A stretch of 64,000 nucleotides of DNA from Trueperaceae bacterium. Its GTDB lineage: Bacteria; Deinococcota; Deinococci; Deinococcales; Trueperaceae. Each line of letters begins with the position of its first letter. Positions within the stretch are counted from its first letter, which is position 1. The notes beneath the pieces are model-generated. The model was not told where the DNA came from, made no database searches, and saw only the letters and a list, made by a program, of their open reading frames with translations. Where the stretch lies: the NCBI GenBank assembly GCA_034521815.1, contig JAXHLW010000013.1, positions 1,216,001 through 1,280,000 of the forward strand. Direction: 5' to 3'. This document shows, piece after piece, positions 19,977 through 31,860 of the stretch. The position numbers and the translations under genes were made by a program.

Positions 19977-20006
19977 TTGACACAACTTGCGACCGCGCAG
20001 CATTCT
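19977..20006 (+). promoter_or_regulatory. Probable promoter of the alcohol dehydrogenase gene
   Basis: TTGACA-N18-CATTCT. Confidence 0.45.
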
Positions 20007-20116
20007 GCTGTCGGGGGAAAAGAAGCGTTCCTCGCGAGGCGCTCTGTCAGGGCCGCGCTCCCGAGGCCAGGTGGCAGCGCCGCACCTCCGATGAGCCCTG
20101 CACAGAGAGGATCTTC

Positions 20117-21175
20117 ATGAAAGCGCTTGTCTATCACGGGCCTGGCCAGAAGTCATGGGAAGATGTGCCGGACCCGGAGCTGCAGAAGCCCACCGACGCC
20201 ATCGTCCAGATCGACACCACCACCATCTGCGGTACGGACCTCCACATCCTGAAGGGAGACGTGCCGGCGGTCACGGACGGTCGAGTTCTCGGCCACGAAG
20301 GCGTGGGCACGATCACCGAGGTGGGATCGGCGGTGAAGGGCCTGGCGGTCGGCGACCGCGTAATCATCTCGTGCATCACCGCGTGCGGATCGTGCGCCTA
20401 CTGCCATCAACAGCTCCCCTCCCACTGCCTGGACGAGGAAGGTGCCTCAGGCATCGGATGGATCCTCGGCCACCTCATCGACGGGACCCAGGCGGAGTAC
20501 GTCCGGATCCCGTTCGCCGACAACTCGCTGCACAAGCTGCCGGCCGACGTAAGCGACGAAGCCGCCATCATGCTCTCCGACATCCTGCCGACCGGCTTCG
20601 AGATCGGCATCCGCAACGGCGACGTGGAGCCGGGCGACGTGGTGGCCGTCGTCGGCGCCGGACCGGTCGGGCTCTCCGTGATCATGACGGCCGGGCTCCA
20701 AGGGGCCTCCAGGGTCGTCGCCATCGACCTGGACGACAACCGTCTCGAAATGGCGCGGAAGTTCGGAGCCACCGACACCGTCAACAGCGGAGAGGACGGC
20801 TGGCACGATCGAGTCATGGCGATGACCGAAGGCGGGCTGGGCGTCGATGTGGCGGTCGAAGCCGTGGGCATCCCCAAGACCTTCGACATGTGCACATCGC
20901 TGATCCGGCCGGGCGCCTCGGTGGCGAACGTGGGGGTGCACGGCACGTCGGTCGAGCTCAAGCTGCAGGATCTCTGGATCAAGGACATCAGCATCACCAC
21001 GGGTCTGGTCAGCGCGACCACGACGCCCATGCTCCTCAAGTTGGTCAGCCAGGGCAAGATCGAGCCGGAGCAGTTCGTGACCCATCGGTTCAAGCTGGAC
21101 GACATGATGGAGGCGTACGACGTCTTCGGTCGAGCCGCCGAGACGAAGTCCATGAAGGTGGCCATCTCCCGGTAG
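20117..21175 (+). CDS. Zinc-dependent alcohol dehydrogenase family protein
   Basis: TICGTDLH, GHEGVG, CGSCAYC..C structural Zn site, LSDILPTG, GAGPVG; SD GAGAGGA. Confidence 0.92.
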   Translation: MKALVYHGPGQKSWEDVPDPELQKPTDAIVQIDTTTICGTDLHILKGDVPAVTDGRVLGHEGVGTITEVGSAVKGLAVGDRVIISCITACGSCAYCHQQLPSHCLDEEGASGIGWILGHLIDGTQAEYVRIPFADNSLHKLPADVSDEAAIMLSDILPTGFEIGIRNGDVEPGDVVAVVGAGPVGLSVIMTAGLQGASRVVAIDLDDNRLEMARKFGATDTVNSGEDGWHDRVMAMTEGGLGVDVAVEAVGIPKTFDMCTSLIRPGASVANVGVHGTSVELKLQDLWIKDISITTGLVSATTTPMLLKLVSQGKIEPEQFVTHRFKLDDMMEAYDVFGRAAETKSMKVAISR

Positions 21176-21382
21176 CCTCCGGCGACTGCGTCGCAGAGGA
21201 ACGGATGGAGGTGGATCAGTAGAAGCAGGAAGTCGGCGCCCCACCCGGCGAAGAGGGTCGGGCGCCTGCGGTACACGACCGGTGGGTCATCGACCCGTCG
21301 CGTGCGGGATCCGACGGGGTTGCCCGGTGGAGCGGCCGCGCACCTCCGGTATCGGCGCCGTCCTTCAAGATGGCTCCACAGC

Positions 21383-22612
21383 CTACCCCGACAGCTGCCC
21401 GATGATCGAGAACATCGGCAGGAACATGCCGGCGACGATGAACCCGACGACCGTTCCGAGGAACACGATCAGCGCCGGCTCCAACGCGGCGGTGAGGCTG
21501 CCGACCGCCTCGTCGACCTCGCGCTCGTAGAACGACGCGATCTTCTGCATCATCGTGTCCACGGCGCCGGTCTCCTCGCCGATCGCCGTCATGGACGACA
21601 CCAGCGGCGGAAACACCTGCGGATAGCGCATCAGCGTGGCGCTGATCTGCTCGCCGCGCTGGACGGACTCCTTCGTCTCTTCCAGGATGTCCTCGACGAT
21701 GGCGTTCCGCGCCGCGCCCTTGGTGATCTCGAGCGACTCGAGGATGTTCACCCCGCTGCGGAGCAGCAGCCCGAAGGTGTTCGAGAAGTTCGCGATCGCC
21801 GTCTTCTGGATCAGGACCCCGAACACCGGCGTCCGCAACGCCAGCCGGTCCAGCGCGTGCCGGCCGTTGTCGGTGCGGTACCAGAACCGTAGCCCGACGA
21901 CCACGCCCACGATCACCGCGGCCAGCAGCCACCAGAAGTTGAGCAGGAAGTCGCTGATCCCGACCAGGATGCGGGTGATGACCGGCAGGTCGCCCCCGAG
22001 CTGATCGAGGATCGTCGCGAACTGCGGCACGATCCCGGTCAGCAGGAAGAACGTCACCGCCAGGGCGATCACCAGCACCACGACCGGGTAGGTGAGCGCG
22101 GTACGGATCTTGCCCCGCAGCTCCGCCTGCTTCTCCATGTACGCCGCGACGCGCTCGAGGATGCCGTCGAGGTTCCCCGACACCTCGCCGGCCTTGACCA
22201 GGTAGATGTAGAGCTTGTTGAAGATGCCCGGGAACTTCGCCATCGCGTCCGAGAGCGGGAGGCCGGTCTCGACGTCCTCGCGGATCTTCCTCAGCGCGTT
22301 CTTGAGGCCTTCCTTCTCGGCCTGCCGCTGCAGGATCGCGAGCGACTGCACCACGGGAAGCCCGGCGTTGATCACGGTCGCGAACTGCCGGCTGAAGATC
22401 GTGACGTCGCGAAGGCCGGGCCGGCTGCTGGGATCCAGCCAGGCGGGCAGCTTGATGTCGGCGCTCAGGCCGCGCTTGGGCGTCTTGATCTCGCTGACGA
22501 AGTAGCCCTTCTCGCGCAGCGCGGCCGCCACGTCGCGCTGGGAGGCCGCCTCCATCGTGGCCGCGATCATCTTGCCGCCGCGGTCCCTGGCCTTGTACTC
22601 GAATACGGGCAT
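21383..22612 (-). CDS. pilC: Type IV pilus platform protein (T2SS F family)
   Basis: FSRQFATVINAGLP, GEVSGNL, ALTYP, IGEETGAVDTMM, LEPALIVFLG..GMFLPMF; SD AGGAGGAGG. Confidence 0.93.
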   Translation of the reverse strand: MPVFEYKARDRGGKMIAATMEAASQRDVAAALREKGYFVSEIKTPKRGLSADIKLPAWLDPSSRPGLRDVTIFSRQFATVINAGLPVVQSLAILQRQAEKEGLKNALRKIREDVETGLPLSDAMAKFPGIFNKLYIYLVKAGEVSGNLDGILERVAAYMEKQAELRGKIRTALTYPVVVLVIALAVTFFLLTGIVPQFATILDQLGGDLPVITRILVGISDFLLNFWWLLAAVIVGVVVGLRFWYRTDNGRHALDRLALRTPVFGVLIQKTAIANFSNTFGLLLRSGVNILESLEITKGAARNAIVEDILEETKESVQRGEQISATLMRYPQVFPPLVSSMTAIGEETGAVDTMMQKIASFYEREVDEAVGSLTAALEPALIVFLGTVVGFIVAGMFLPMFSIIGQLSG

Positions 22613-22760
22613 CGTGCCTCCTCCTGCGCGGTTCCACGACCGGCGCACGGGTCGGGGCGCGGGTCGTCGCGTGGGCCTCTCGGCTACCATATCCGGCCGC
22701 GCGCGCGGCTCGCCGCGGATTCGCTCACGTCTCGCAAAGGCCGATGGTAGCCTCCGTCCG

Positions 22761-23414
22761 ATGCCTCGCGAGCGCAAGAACGACCGCCTGGAGCGGGCTG
22801 CACGGATCTTGGACGCCCTCGGGCGGGCGTATCCGGACGCGGCCAGCGAGCTCGACTTCGGCTCGCCCTACCAGCTGCTGGTCGCCACGATCCTCTCGGC
22901 CCAGGCCACCGACGTCAGCGTCAACGCCGCCACGCCGGCGCTGTTCGACGCCTACCCGACCCCCGAGGCGCTGGCCGCCGCCACGCCGGAGGAGGTCGAG
23001 CCGTACGTGCGGACGATCGGCCTGTACCGAACGAAGGCGAAGAACCTGGTGCGGATGGCGGGCCTGTTGGTCGAGCGACACGGCGGCGAGGTGCCCGAGT
23101 CGTTCGAGGCGCTCCTCGAGCTGCCGGGCGTCGGGCGCAAGACCGCGAACGTCGTCGCCTCGAACGCGTTCGGCAGGCCCGGCATCGCCGTCGACACCCA
23201 CGTCGGTCGACTGGCCCGACGATTGCGGCTCAGCCGCCACCAGGATCCCGACAAGGTCGAGCGTGACCTGGAGCGGCTGTTCCCGACGGACAGCTGGATC
23301 TTCGTCCACCACGCCCTGATCCTGCACGGACGGCGTGTCTGCCGCGCACGGTCGCCGGCGTGCGACGCCTGCTCGCTGGCTCCCGACTGCCCGAGCGCGG
23401 GCACCTTCACGTAG
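22761..23414 (+). CDS. nth: Endonuclease III
   Basis: LLVATILSAQATD, LPGVGRKTANVV (HhH), AVDTHVGR, C-x6-C-x2-C-x5-C Fe-S motif. Confidence 0.95.
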   Translation: MPRERKNDRLERAARILDALGRAYPDAASELDFGSPYQLLVATILSAQATDVSVNAATPALFDAYPTPEALAAATPEEVEPYVRTIGLYRTKAKNLVRMAGLLVERHGGEVPESFEALLELPGVGRKTANVVASNAFGRPGIAVDTHVGRLARRLRLSRHQDPDKVERDLERLFPTDSWIFVHHALILHGRRVCRARSPACDACSLAPDCPSAGTFT

Positions 23415-23484
23415 GCGAACGTCCGGCAGCGACGTGTAAGCGACGGTCCCGACCTGCCCGCGTCCTCCTGCTAGCCTTCTGCGC

Positions 23485-24471
23485 ATGTTGGACCTCATCA
23501 TCATCGGCGCCGGCCCGATCGGTCTCGAAGCCGCCATCCGGGCCAAACGGGCTGGCCTTCGCTACCGCGTCCTCGAGAAGGGCGCGCTGGTGGACGCCAT
23601 CTACCGCTACCCGACCTACATGACGTTCTTCACCACCAGCGAGCGCCTCGAGATCGGCGGACATCCGCTGGTCACCGCCACCGACAAGCCGACGCGCAAG
23701 GAGGCGCTGGACTACTACCGGAAGGTCGCGCACGCCGAGGCGCTCGAGATCGAGGCGTACACGAAGGTGACGGCCCTCCGCCGCGACGCGGACGGGTTCG
23801 AGGTGACCGCCGCTCATCGCGACGGCGAGCCCCGCACCCTCCGCAGTCGCTTCGTCGCGCTGGCCACGGGCTACTTCGATCACCCCAACCGGCTGGGCGT
23901 CCCCGGGGAGGACCTCCCGCACGTCTCGCATTACTACGACGAGGCGCACCCCTACTACGGCCAGGAGGTCACGATCGTGGGGGCCGGGAGCAGCGCGGCG
24001 GACGCGGCGCTGGACCTGTTCCGGGCCGGAGCGCGCGTCACGATGGTGCACCGCGGCGACGACTTCCGGCACAGCCTGAAGTACTGGATCCGGCCCAACC
24101 TCGAGAACCGCGTGAAGGAGGGGTCGATCGTCGCGCACTTCCGCACCGAGATCGAGGAGATTCGTGACGACGCCGTGATCGCGACGAAGGACGGGCGCCG
24201 CCTCACGATCCCGGCCGAGCGCGTGTTCCTGCTGACCGGCTACCACGCCGCGGGCGACCTGCTGGACCAGGTGGGTGCCGTGACGGACGAGGTTACGCTG
24301 GCCGCCGAGCTCGACGAGCAGTTCCAGACCACCGTGCCCGGCCTGTACTGCATCGGGTCGGCCGGCTTCGGGCGCAGGACCAGCGACGTGTTCATCGAGA
24401 ACGGTTTGGTGCACGCCGAGGTGGCGATCACGGACGTCGCCCAGAGGGCGGGGACGCCGGCCGACGCCTGA
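23485..24471 (+). CDS. ypdA: YpdA family bacillithiol disulfide reductase
   Basis: IIGAGPIG, EKGALVDAIYRYPTYMTFFTT, ATGYFDHPN, KYWIRP, FIENGLVH. Confidence 0.9.
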   Translation: MLDLIIIGAGPIGLEAAIRAKRAGLRYRVLEKGALVDAIYRYPTYMTFFTTSERLEIGGHPLVTATDKPTRKEALDYYRKVAHAEALEIEAYTKVTALRRDADGFEVTAAHRDGEPRTLRSRFVALATGYFDHPNRLGVPGEDLPHVSHYYDEAHPYYGQEVTIVGAGSSAADAALDLFRAGARVTMVHRGDDFRHSLKYWIRPNLENRVKEGSIVAHFRTEIEEIRDDAVIATKDGRRLTIPAERVFLLTGYHAAGDLLDQVGAVTDEVTLAAELDEQFQTTVPGLYCIGSAGFGRRTSDVFIENGLVHAEVAITDVAQRAGTPADA

Positions 24472-24521
24472 GGTTTCGCGTTCGCGGGGGCCGGGCGTCT
24501 ACACTTGACGCGGAGGTCGCG

Positions 24522-25016
24522 ATGAATTCGCCACGCCGCATCGGTCTGCTGCTCATCGTCGTCGGTCTGGTGTTCTTCGTCGCCCGGGTGGGCGGCGGAA
24601 CGGCATGGCCGCTTTTCGTCATCGTCCCAGGCGCCGCCATGCTGGCCGTCGCGTTGGCAGGGCCCAGGGGCAACGCCGGGCTGGCCGTGCCCGGCAGCAT
24701 CGTCTCCGTCGTGGGCCTGGTGCTTCTCGTGCAGCAGGCGACGGGTACGTTCCACACCTGGAGCTACGTCTGGGGACTGGTCCTGGCGTCGGTCGGCGTG
24801 GGCTCGTTCCTCCAGGCCAGCATCGAAGAGAACCCCCAGGGGCAGCGCGAAGGGGTACGCCTCACGGTGCTGGGGCTGGCCCTGTTCGCGGCGTTCGGCG
24901 CGTTCTTCGAGCTTTTGGTCTTCGGCGGCGCGATGCAAGGCGTCCTCGGCTGGCTCCTTCCCCTGGCGCTCATCGTCGGCGGCGTCTGGATGCTGCGCCG
25001 AGGAGACAGCGCGTGA
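24522..25016 (+). CDS. Membrane protein (LiaF/LiaI-like WP-motif TM repeats)
   Basis: GLLLIVVGLVF, AWPLFVIVPG, about 6 TM segments; SD GGAGG. Confidence 0.7.
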   Translation: MNSPRRIGLLLIVVGLVFFVARVGGGTAWPLFVIVPGAAMLAVALAGPRGNAGLAVPGSIVSVVGLVLLVQQATGTFHTWSYVWGLVLASVGVGSFLQASIEENPQGQREGVRLTVLGLALFAAFGAFFELLVFGGAMQGVLGWLLPLALIVGGVWMLRRGDSA

Positions 25017-25429
25017 CGTCCGCTCGCACGCGCTCCCTGGCGGCGGGCCGGATCGTCCTGCTGGACGACGCAGGCGACCTCGCGGCGGACCATGCGGGCC
25101 GGATCGTCGTGTGCGGCGATCCGGCCACGCTTCGTACCGCCCGCGCGCTGCTTCGCTACCCCCCGTCGCTGGCCGTGCTGCACGATGCCGGCGTCGGCAA
25201 GGACGGCGCGGGCACGGCGGGTCTGGACCGGCTGGCGGACGTGCACGTGCCGGCGGTCGCCGTCGCGCACGACAGCGCCCGTTTGGGAGACGCCGAGGAC
25301 GTGCTCGAGCAGGGACGGATCGCGCACCTGAACGCCCCCGCCCGGGCGCTGGGGCTGGAGGAGGGTCCGCTGCTCCGTCAGCTCGCCCGGCCCAGGTCCG
25401 CCCACGTCCGGAAGCTCTCCCCCGCCTGA
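25013..25429 (+). CDS. Conserved hypothetical protein
   Basis: GTGA coupling; motif HDAGVGKDGAG...AVAHDSARLGD...HLNAPARALG. Confidence 0.6.
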   Translation: MTSARTRSLAAGRIVLLDDAGDLAADHAGRIVVCGDPATLRTARALLRYPPSLAVLHDAGVGKDGAGTAGLDRLADVHVPAVAVAHDSARLGDAEDVLEQGRIAHLNAPARALGLEEGPLLRQLARPRSAHVRKLSPA

Positions 25430-25469
25430 GTCGCCCCGCCACACCGGTCGAACCGGTAGCCTTGCCGGC

Positions 25470-26522
25470 ATGGATCTCGATCTGGACTTCCTCAAGGCGC
25501 TCCTTTCCGCTCCCGGTCCCAGCAGCTTCGAGTCGCGTCCCGCGGCGGTGTTTCGCGACCGTGCCGCGGCGCTGGGACTCGCGACGCGACAGGACGCGTA
25601 CGGCAGCGTGTTCGCCATCGCGGGCGAGGGCCGGCGGCCGCGCCTGCTGCTGTCGGGCCACATCGACGAGATCGGTCTGATCGTCACGCACGTCGACGAG
25701 AAGGGGTTCGCCTGGTTCAAGGCGGTGGGCGGCTGGGACGCTCAGCAGCTCGTCGGCCAGCGGGTGCGGGTGGTCGGACGCGACGGCGACGTCGTCGGCC
25801 TGATCGGCAAGAAGCCGATCCACCTGATGTCGGTCGAAGACCGCCGGAAGGTATCGAAGATCGAGGACCTGTGGATCGACGTCGGCGCGACGGACCGGGA
25901 CGACGCCCTGAAGGCGATCGAGCCGGGCGACGTCGCCGTCGTCGAGCAGCCGCTCGTCGAGCTCCGGAACGGTCGGATCGCCAGCAAGGCGATCGACGAT
26001 CGGATCGGGGCGTACGTCGCGCTCGAGGTCGCGCGCCGCTCGCGCGACGGAGGCTGCGAGGTGATCGCCAGCGCGACGGTGCAGGAGGAGATCGGCGGGG
26101 TGGGAGCGGCCGCCGCGGCGTACGGCCTGGAGCCCGACGTCGCCATCGCGATCGACGTGACGCACGCCACCGACGTGCCGGGCATCGAAGCGCGCAAGGA
26201 GGGCGAGCACGCCTTGGGCTCGGGGCCCGAGCTGGCCGTCGGCTCGTACGTCCACCGCGGCGTCCTGGAGCTGTTGCGTGCCACGGCGGACGAGGAGGGG
26301 ATCGCCGTGACGATCGGCACCTCGCCGTCCCGCACGGCGACGGACGCGGACCAGCTCGCCCGGGCGCGTGCCGGCGTCCCCTCGGCCGTCGTGTCGGTGC
26401 CGAACCGCTACATGCATTCACCCAACGAGATGGTCGCGCCCGAGGACGTCGAAGCGGTCGTTCGACTCCTCGTCGCCTTCGCGCGCCGCCTGCCCGACGC
26501 GCACCCGATCGCACAGCCCTGA
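25470..26522 (+). CDS. M42 family metallopeptidase (TET aminopeptidase-like)
   Basis: GHIDEIG, SKAIDDRIG, VQEEIG, AIDVTH, RYMHSPNE. Confidence 0.92.
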   Translation: MDLDLDFLKALLSAPGPSSFESRPAAVFRDRAAALGLATRQDAYGSVFAIAGEGRRPRLLLSGHIDEIGLIVTHVDEKGFAWFKAVGGWDAQQLVGQRVRVVGRDGDVVGLIGKKPIHLMSVEDRRKVSKIEDLWIDVGATDRDDALKAIEPGDVAVVEQPLVELRNGRIASKAIDDRIGAYVALEVARRSRDGGCEVIASATVQEEIGGVGAAAAAYGLEPDVAIAIDVTHATDVPGIEARKEGEHALGSGPELAVGSYVHRGVLELLRATADEEGIAVTIGTSPSRTATDADQLARARAGVPSAVVSVPNRYMHSPNEMVAPEDVEAVVRLLVAFARRLPDAHPIAQP

Positions 26523-26595
26523 CGGTCGGTCCTGACGGTCGGTCCTGACGTTCATCCCTGAGCCGGGCTCGCCGGCGTCGCGGTAGGCTCGACGT

Positions 26596-29160
26596 GTGCG
26601 CCTCGTCGTCACGCACGAGCAACCCGACTTCGACGCGCTGGCCAGCCTGGCTCTAGCGCGGCGGCTCCATCCGGACGCGCGGGTCGCGCTGCCCGACGCG
26701 CTGCCCGACGAGGTCCGTGCCTGCCTCGGCCTGTACTGGGATCGCCTCGACCCGCTGGACGCCGTCGAAGCGTCGAAACGGCCGATCGCGGAGCTGATCG
26801 TCGTCGACACCGCCGATCGGACGCGGCTGGGACCGTTCGAGCGTCACGTGGACGAGGTCCCGCTCGTCGTGTACGACCACCACCCCGCTCCCCGCGAGGC
26901 CAGCGCGCTCCCCACCGGCAGAGGGATCGTCGACCGGGTGGGAGCGACGGTGACGCTGCTGGTCCGCGAGCTGCGCAGACGTGACGACGCGCTGCCAGCC
27001 GAGCTGGCCAGCCTGGCGCTGCTGGGTCTGCACCAGGACACCGGTGGGTTCTCGTACGACCTCACGACGCCAGAAGACCACGACGCCGCGTCGTGGCTGC
27101 TCCGCCGCGGCGGAACGCTGGACCTGGTGCGGCGGTTCGCGCGGGGCACCTACGGCGAGGAGCACCAGGCGTTCCGGACGCGCATGGTGGCCAAGGCGCG
27201 CCTCGAGCAGGTGGCGGGACGACCGGTCGCCGTCTCGGCGTTCGAGTGGCCGCGCTACCTCGCGGACGTCTCGGCGCTCGCGAACGAGCTGCTCGAGCTG
27301 CACCGGGCCGATGCGGCGCTGCTGGCGGTCCGCATGGACGAGCGGACCTTGTTGTTCGCGCGTGCGGCCGGCGACACCTTCGACGTCGGCGCGGCGCTGC
27401 GCGAGGCGGCGAGCGGCGGAGGCCATCCCGGTGCGGCGTTCGCGCGGACCCGGACGGGGCTCGATCAGGCGACCCGGGCGGCGCTCGCCGCCCTGGCGCG
27501 GCACGCCAGACCGCCGCTCCGGGCTCGCGACCTGATGAGCACGCCGGTCAGGACCATCCCTCCCGACGCGACGGTGCACGAGGCCAGCCGCCTGCTTCTC
27601 CGGTACGGACACAACGGCCTGCCGGTCGTCGCGCAGCCGTCGGACGGCGAGGAGGCCGAGGCGGTAGGCGAGGTCGTGGGCGAGGTCGTGGGCGTGGTGT
27701 CTCGCCGGGACCTGGAACGGGCCCTTCAGCACGGCTTGGGCAGGTCACGCGTCGCCGGGTTCATGGGCACGCCGGCGGTGACGGCCGAGCCCGACGCGAC
27801 GCTGGAGCGGTTGGAGACGATGGTCGCCGAGCACGGCGTCGGCAGGCTTCCGATCGTGCAGGACGGCCGCCTCGTGGGCATCGTGACGCGCAGCGACCTG
27901 CTGGAAGCGCGCCACGGGCCGTACGCCGGAGAGGACGATCCTGTCGGCCGGATCGTCGAACGGGTCGAGGCCCAAGCGTCGTCGGCCCTGCAGGTTCTGA
28001 AGAACGCTCTCCCGGAGGGTGCCCGTCTGTACCTGGTGGGGGGCTCGGTCCGGGACGCGTTGCTGGGCGCCTCTCTGACCGACCTGGACCTGGCCGTCGA
28101 GGGTGGCCGTGCGGCTCCGTTGATCGACGCCCTGGCCGCCGCCACGGGCCGTCACCATACTCGCCACGACGCGTTCGGCACCGCCTCCGTCCGGCTTCCC
28201 GGCGGCCTCGGGGTGGACGTCGCGACGGCCAGGGAGGAGCGCTACCCCGAGCCTGGCGCGCTGCCCGAGGTGGTGCACAGCGACGTTCGCCGCGATCTGG
28301 CGCGACGCGATTTCACGGTGAACGCGATGGCGCTACGGCTGACGCCGGGGCCTCCGCAGCTGCTCGATCCGTTCGGAGGACTCGCCGACCTGCGTCGCGG
28401 CGTGCTGCGAACGCTGCATCCGCTGTCGTTCACCGAGGACGCGACGCGAATCGTCCGCGGGGCCCGGCTTTCGGGGCGGCTGGGGTTCGCGTTCGACGAC
28501 GAGACCGGCAAGCAGGCCCGGCGAGCGCTCGCGGAGGGCCGGTCCCAGACGATCAGCGCGGAACGACTTCGGTCCGAGCTCGAAGCGACGCTCCGGGAGC
28601 CGGTCCCTTCGCGCGCCCTGGCGGTGCTCGAGAAGCTCGGAGCGTTGCGAGCGATGTACGGTCTGGCGCATCCGGCCGAGGTGCTGGTCGAGCTCGACGC
28701 GCTTCGCGAAGCGGGTCGTCCGGTGCCGCCTGCCGCGTTCTTGCTGGCGATGATGGTGCCCCTCGCGAACGACGAGGCCGCCGCCGTCGTCGCGCGGTTC
28801 CACCTTCCCTCGCGCAGATCGGGTCAGGTGGCCCGCATCCGAGAGCTCATCGCCGGCGCGGAGCCGACGGACGACGTGCTCCACGGGCTCGGCCGTGAGG
28901 GACGCGCCGTCCTGGAGGCGCACGGCCGGCCGCACCGGGAGCGCGTGCGGGCGCTCGAGAGCCTGGCGGGCCGCCGAAGGCTGCGCGGGCGGGACCTGCT
29001 AGACTTGGGGATGACTCCCGGCCCCGAGGTGGGCCGGATCCTCGACGAGGTAGCACGGGCACGACGGCAGGGGCGCGTCGACGGTTTCGGCGACGAGCTC
29101 GACCTCGCACGCCGCTTGGTCGCGCGTGCCCGTGGCCAAGGGGAACCCCGTGACCTCTAG
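26596..29160 (+). CDS. DHH/DHHA1-CBS-class II tRNA nucleotidyltransferase (CCA- or A-adding enzyme)
   Basis: HEQPDFDA, YDHH, DTGGF, GGGHPGAA; two CBS domains; GGSVRD..DLDL, RRDFTVNAM, EDATRIVR. Confidence 0.9.
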   Translation: MRLVVTHEQPDFDALASLALARRLHPDARVALPDALPDEVRACLGLYWDRLDPLDAVEASKRPIAELIVVDTADRTRLGPFERHVDEVPLVVYDHHPAPREASALPTGRGIVDRVGATVTLLVRELRRRDDALPAELASLALLGLHQDTGGFSYDLTTPEDHDAASWLLRRGGTLDLVRRFARGTYGEEHQAFRTRMVAKARLEQVAGRPVAVSAFEWPRYLADVSALANELLELHRADAALLAVRMDERTLLFARAAGDTFDVGAALREAASGGGHPGAAFARTRTGLDQATRAALAALARHARPPLRARDLMSTPVRTIPPDATVHEASRLLLRYGHNGLPVVAQPSDGEEAEAVGEVVGEVVGVVSRRDLERALQHGLGRSRVAGFMGTPAVTAEPDATLERLETMVAEHGVGRLPIVQDGRLVGIVTRSDLLEARHGPYAGEDDPVGRIVERVEAQASSALQVLKNALPEGARLYLVGGSVRDALLGASLTDLDLAVEGGRAAPLIDALAAATGRHHTRHDAFGTASVRLPGGLGVDVATAREERYPEPGALPEVVHSDVRRDLARRDFTVNAMALRLTPGPPQLLDPFGGLADLRRGVLRTLHPLSFTEDATRIVRGARLSGRLGFAFDDETGKQARRALAEGRSQTISAERLRSELEATLREPVPSRALAVLEKLGALRAMYGLAHPAEVLVELDALREAGRPVPPAAFLLAMMVPLANDEAAAVVARFHLPSRRSGQVARIRELIAGAEPTDDVLHGLGREGRAVLEAHGRPHRERVRALESLAGRRRLRGRDLLDLGMTPGPEVGRILDEVARARRQGRVDGFGDELDLARRLVARARGQGEPRDL

Positions 29161-29181
29161 GGAAAGGCGGACCGACCCGAC

Positions 29182-29814
29182 GTGATCCTGCGCTACTTGA
29201 ACGATCCCACCACGCTGGTGGTCAGCGCCATCGTGATGGTGTTCGCGCTGATGTTCCACAACGTGTTCCAGACCTGGGTCGCCGCGCGACTCGGCGACAC
29301 CCGTCCCAAGGCCGCCGGCTTCGGCCAGTTCGAGCCGCAGCAGCAGCTCGAGCCCATGGGCGTCGTGCTGCTGTTCCTGCTGGGCTTCGGCTGGCCGCGG
29401 ATGGTGCCGATCAACGGCCGCGCCTACAGCGGCCGGGGCCGGCGCGAGGCGCTGGCCTGGTACGCCGGCCCTCTTGCGTACCTGATCGTCGGGTTCGCGT
29501 GCGTGCTGATCGGCTCGGTCTTCCTGGCGTCCGGATCGCCCGAGCTGTACCGGTCGTTCCTGGTGGCCGCCTCGTTCGCCGTGCTGCACGCCGTGATCAA
29601 CCTGTTCCCGGTCTTCCCGCTCGACGGGGCGATGGCGATGCTGGCGTGGGGCAACCGCTCGGTCCGCTCGTTCATCCAACAGATCCGCCAGTTCGGCATC
29701 ATGGGCTTCCTGGTGGTCTTCCTCGTCCTCAGCTACACCGGCGTGATCGCTTTTCTGCAGAGCCTGTTCCTGACGGTGTTCCAGAGCATCGTTCGGCTTC
29801 TGCCCGGGCTCTGA
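29182..29814 (+). CDS. Site-2 protease (M50) family membrane protein with degenerate HExxH
   Basis: FHNVFQ in place of HExxH; LGDT, GFGWPRMVP, AGP, NLFPVFPLDG. Confidence 0.8.
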   Translation: MILRYLNDPTTLVVSAIVMVFALMFHNVFQTWVAARLGDTRPKAAGFGQFEPQQQLEPMGVVLLFLLGFGWPRMVPINGRAYSGRGRREALAWYAGPLAYLIVGFACVLIGSVFLASGSPELYRSFLVAASFAVLHAVINLFPVFPLDGAMAMLAWGNRSVRSFIQQIRQFGIMGFLVVFLVLSYTGVIAFLQSLFLTVFQSIVRLLPGL

Positions 29815-29826
29815 CGGCCGCCCGCG

Positions 29827-31856
<2,030 letters not shown>

Positions 31857-31860
<4 letters not shown>

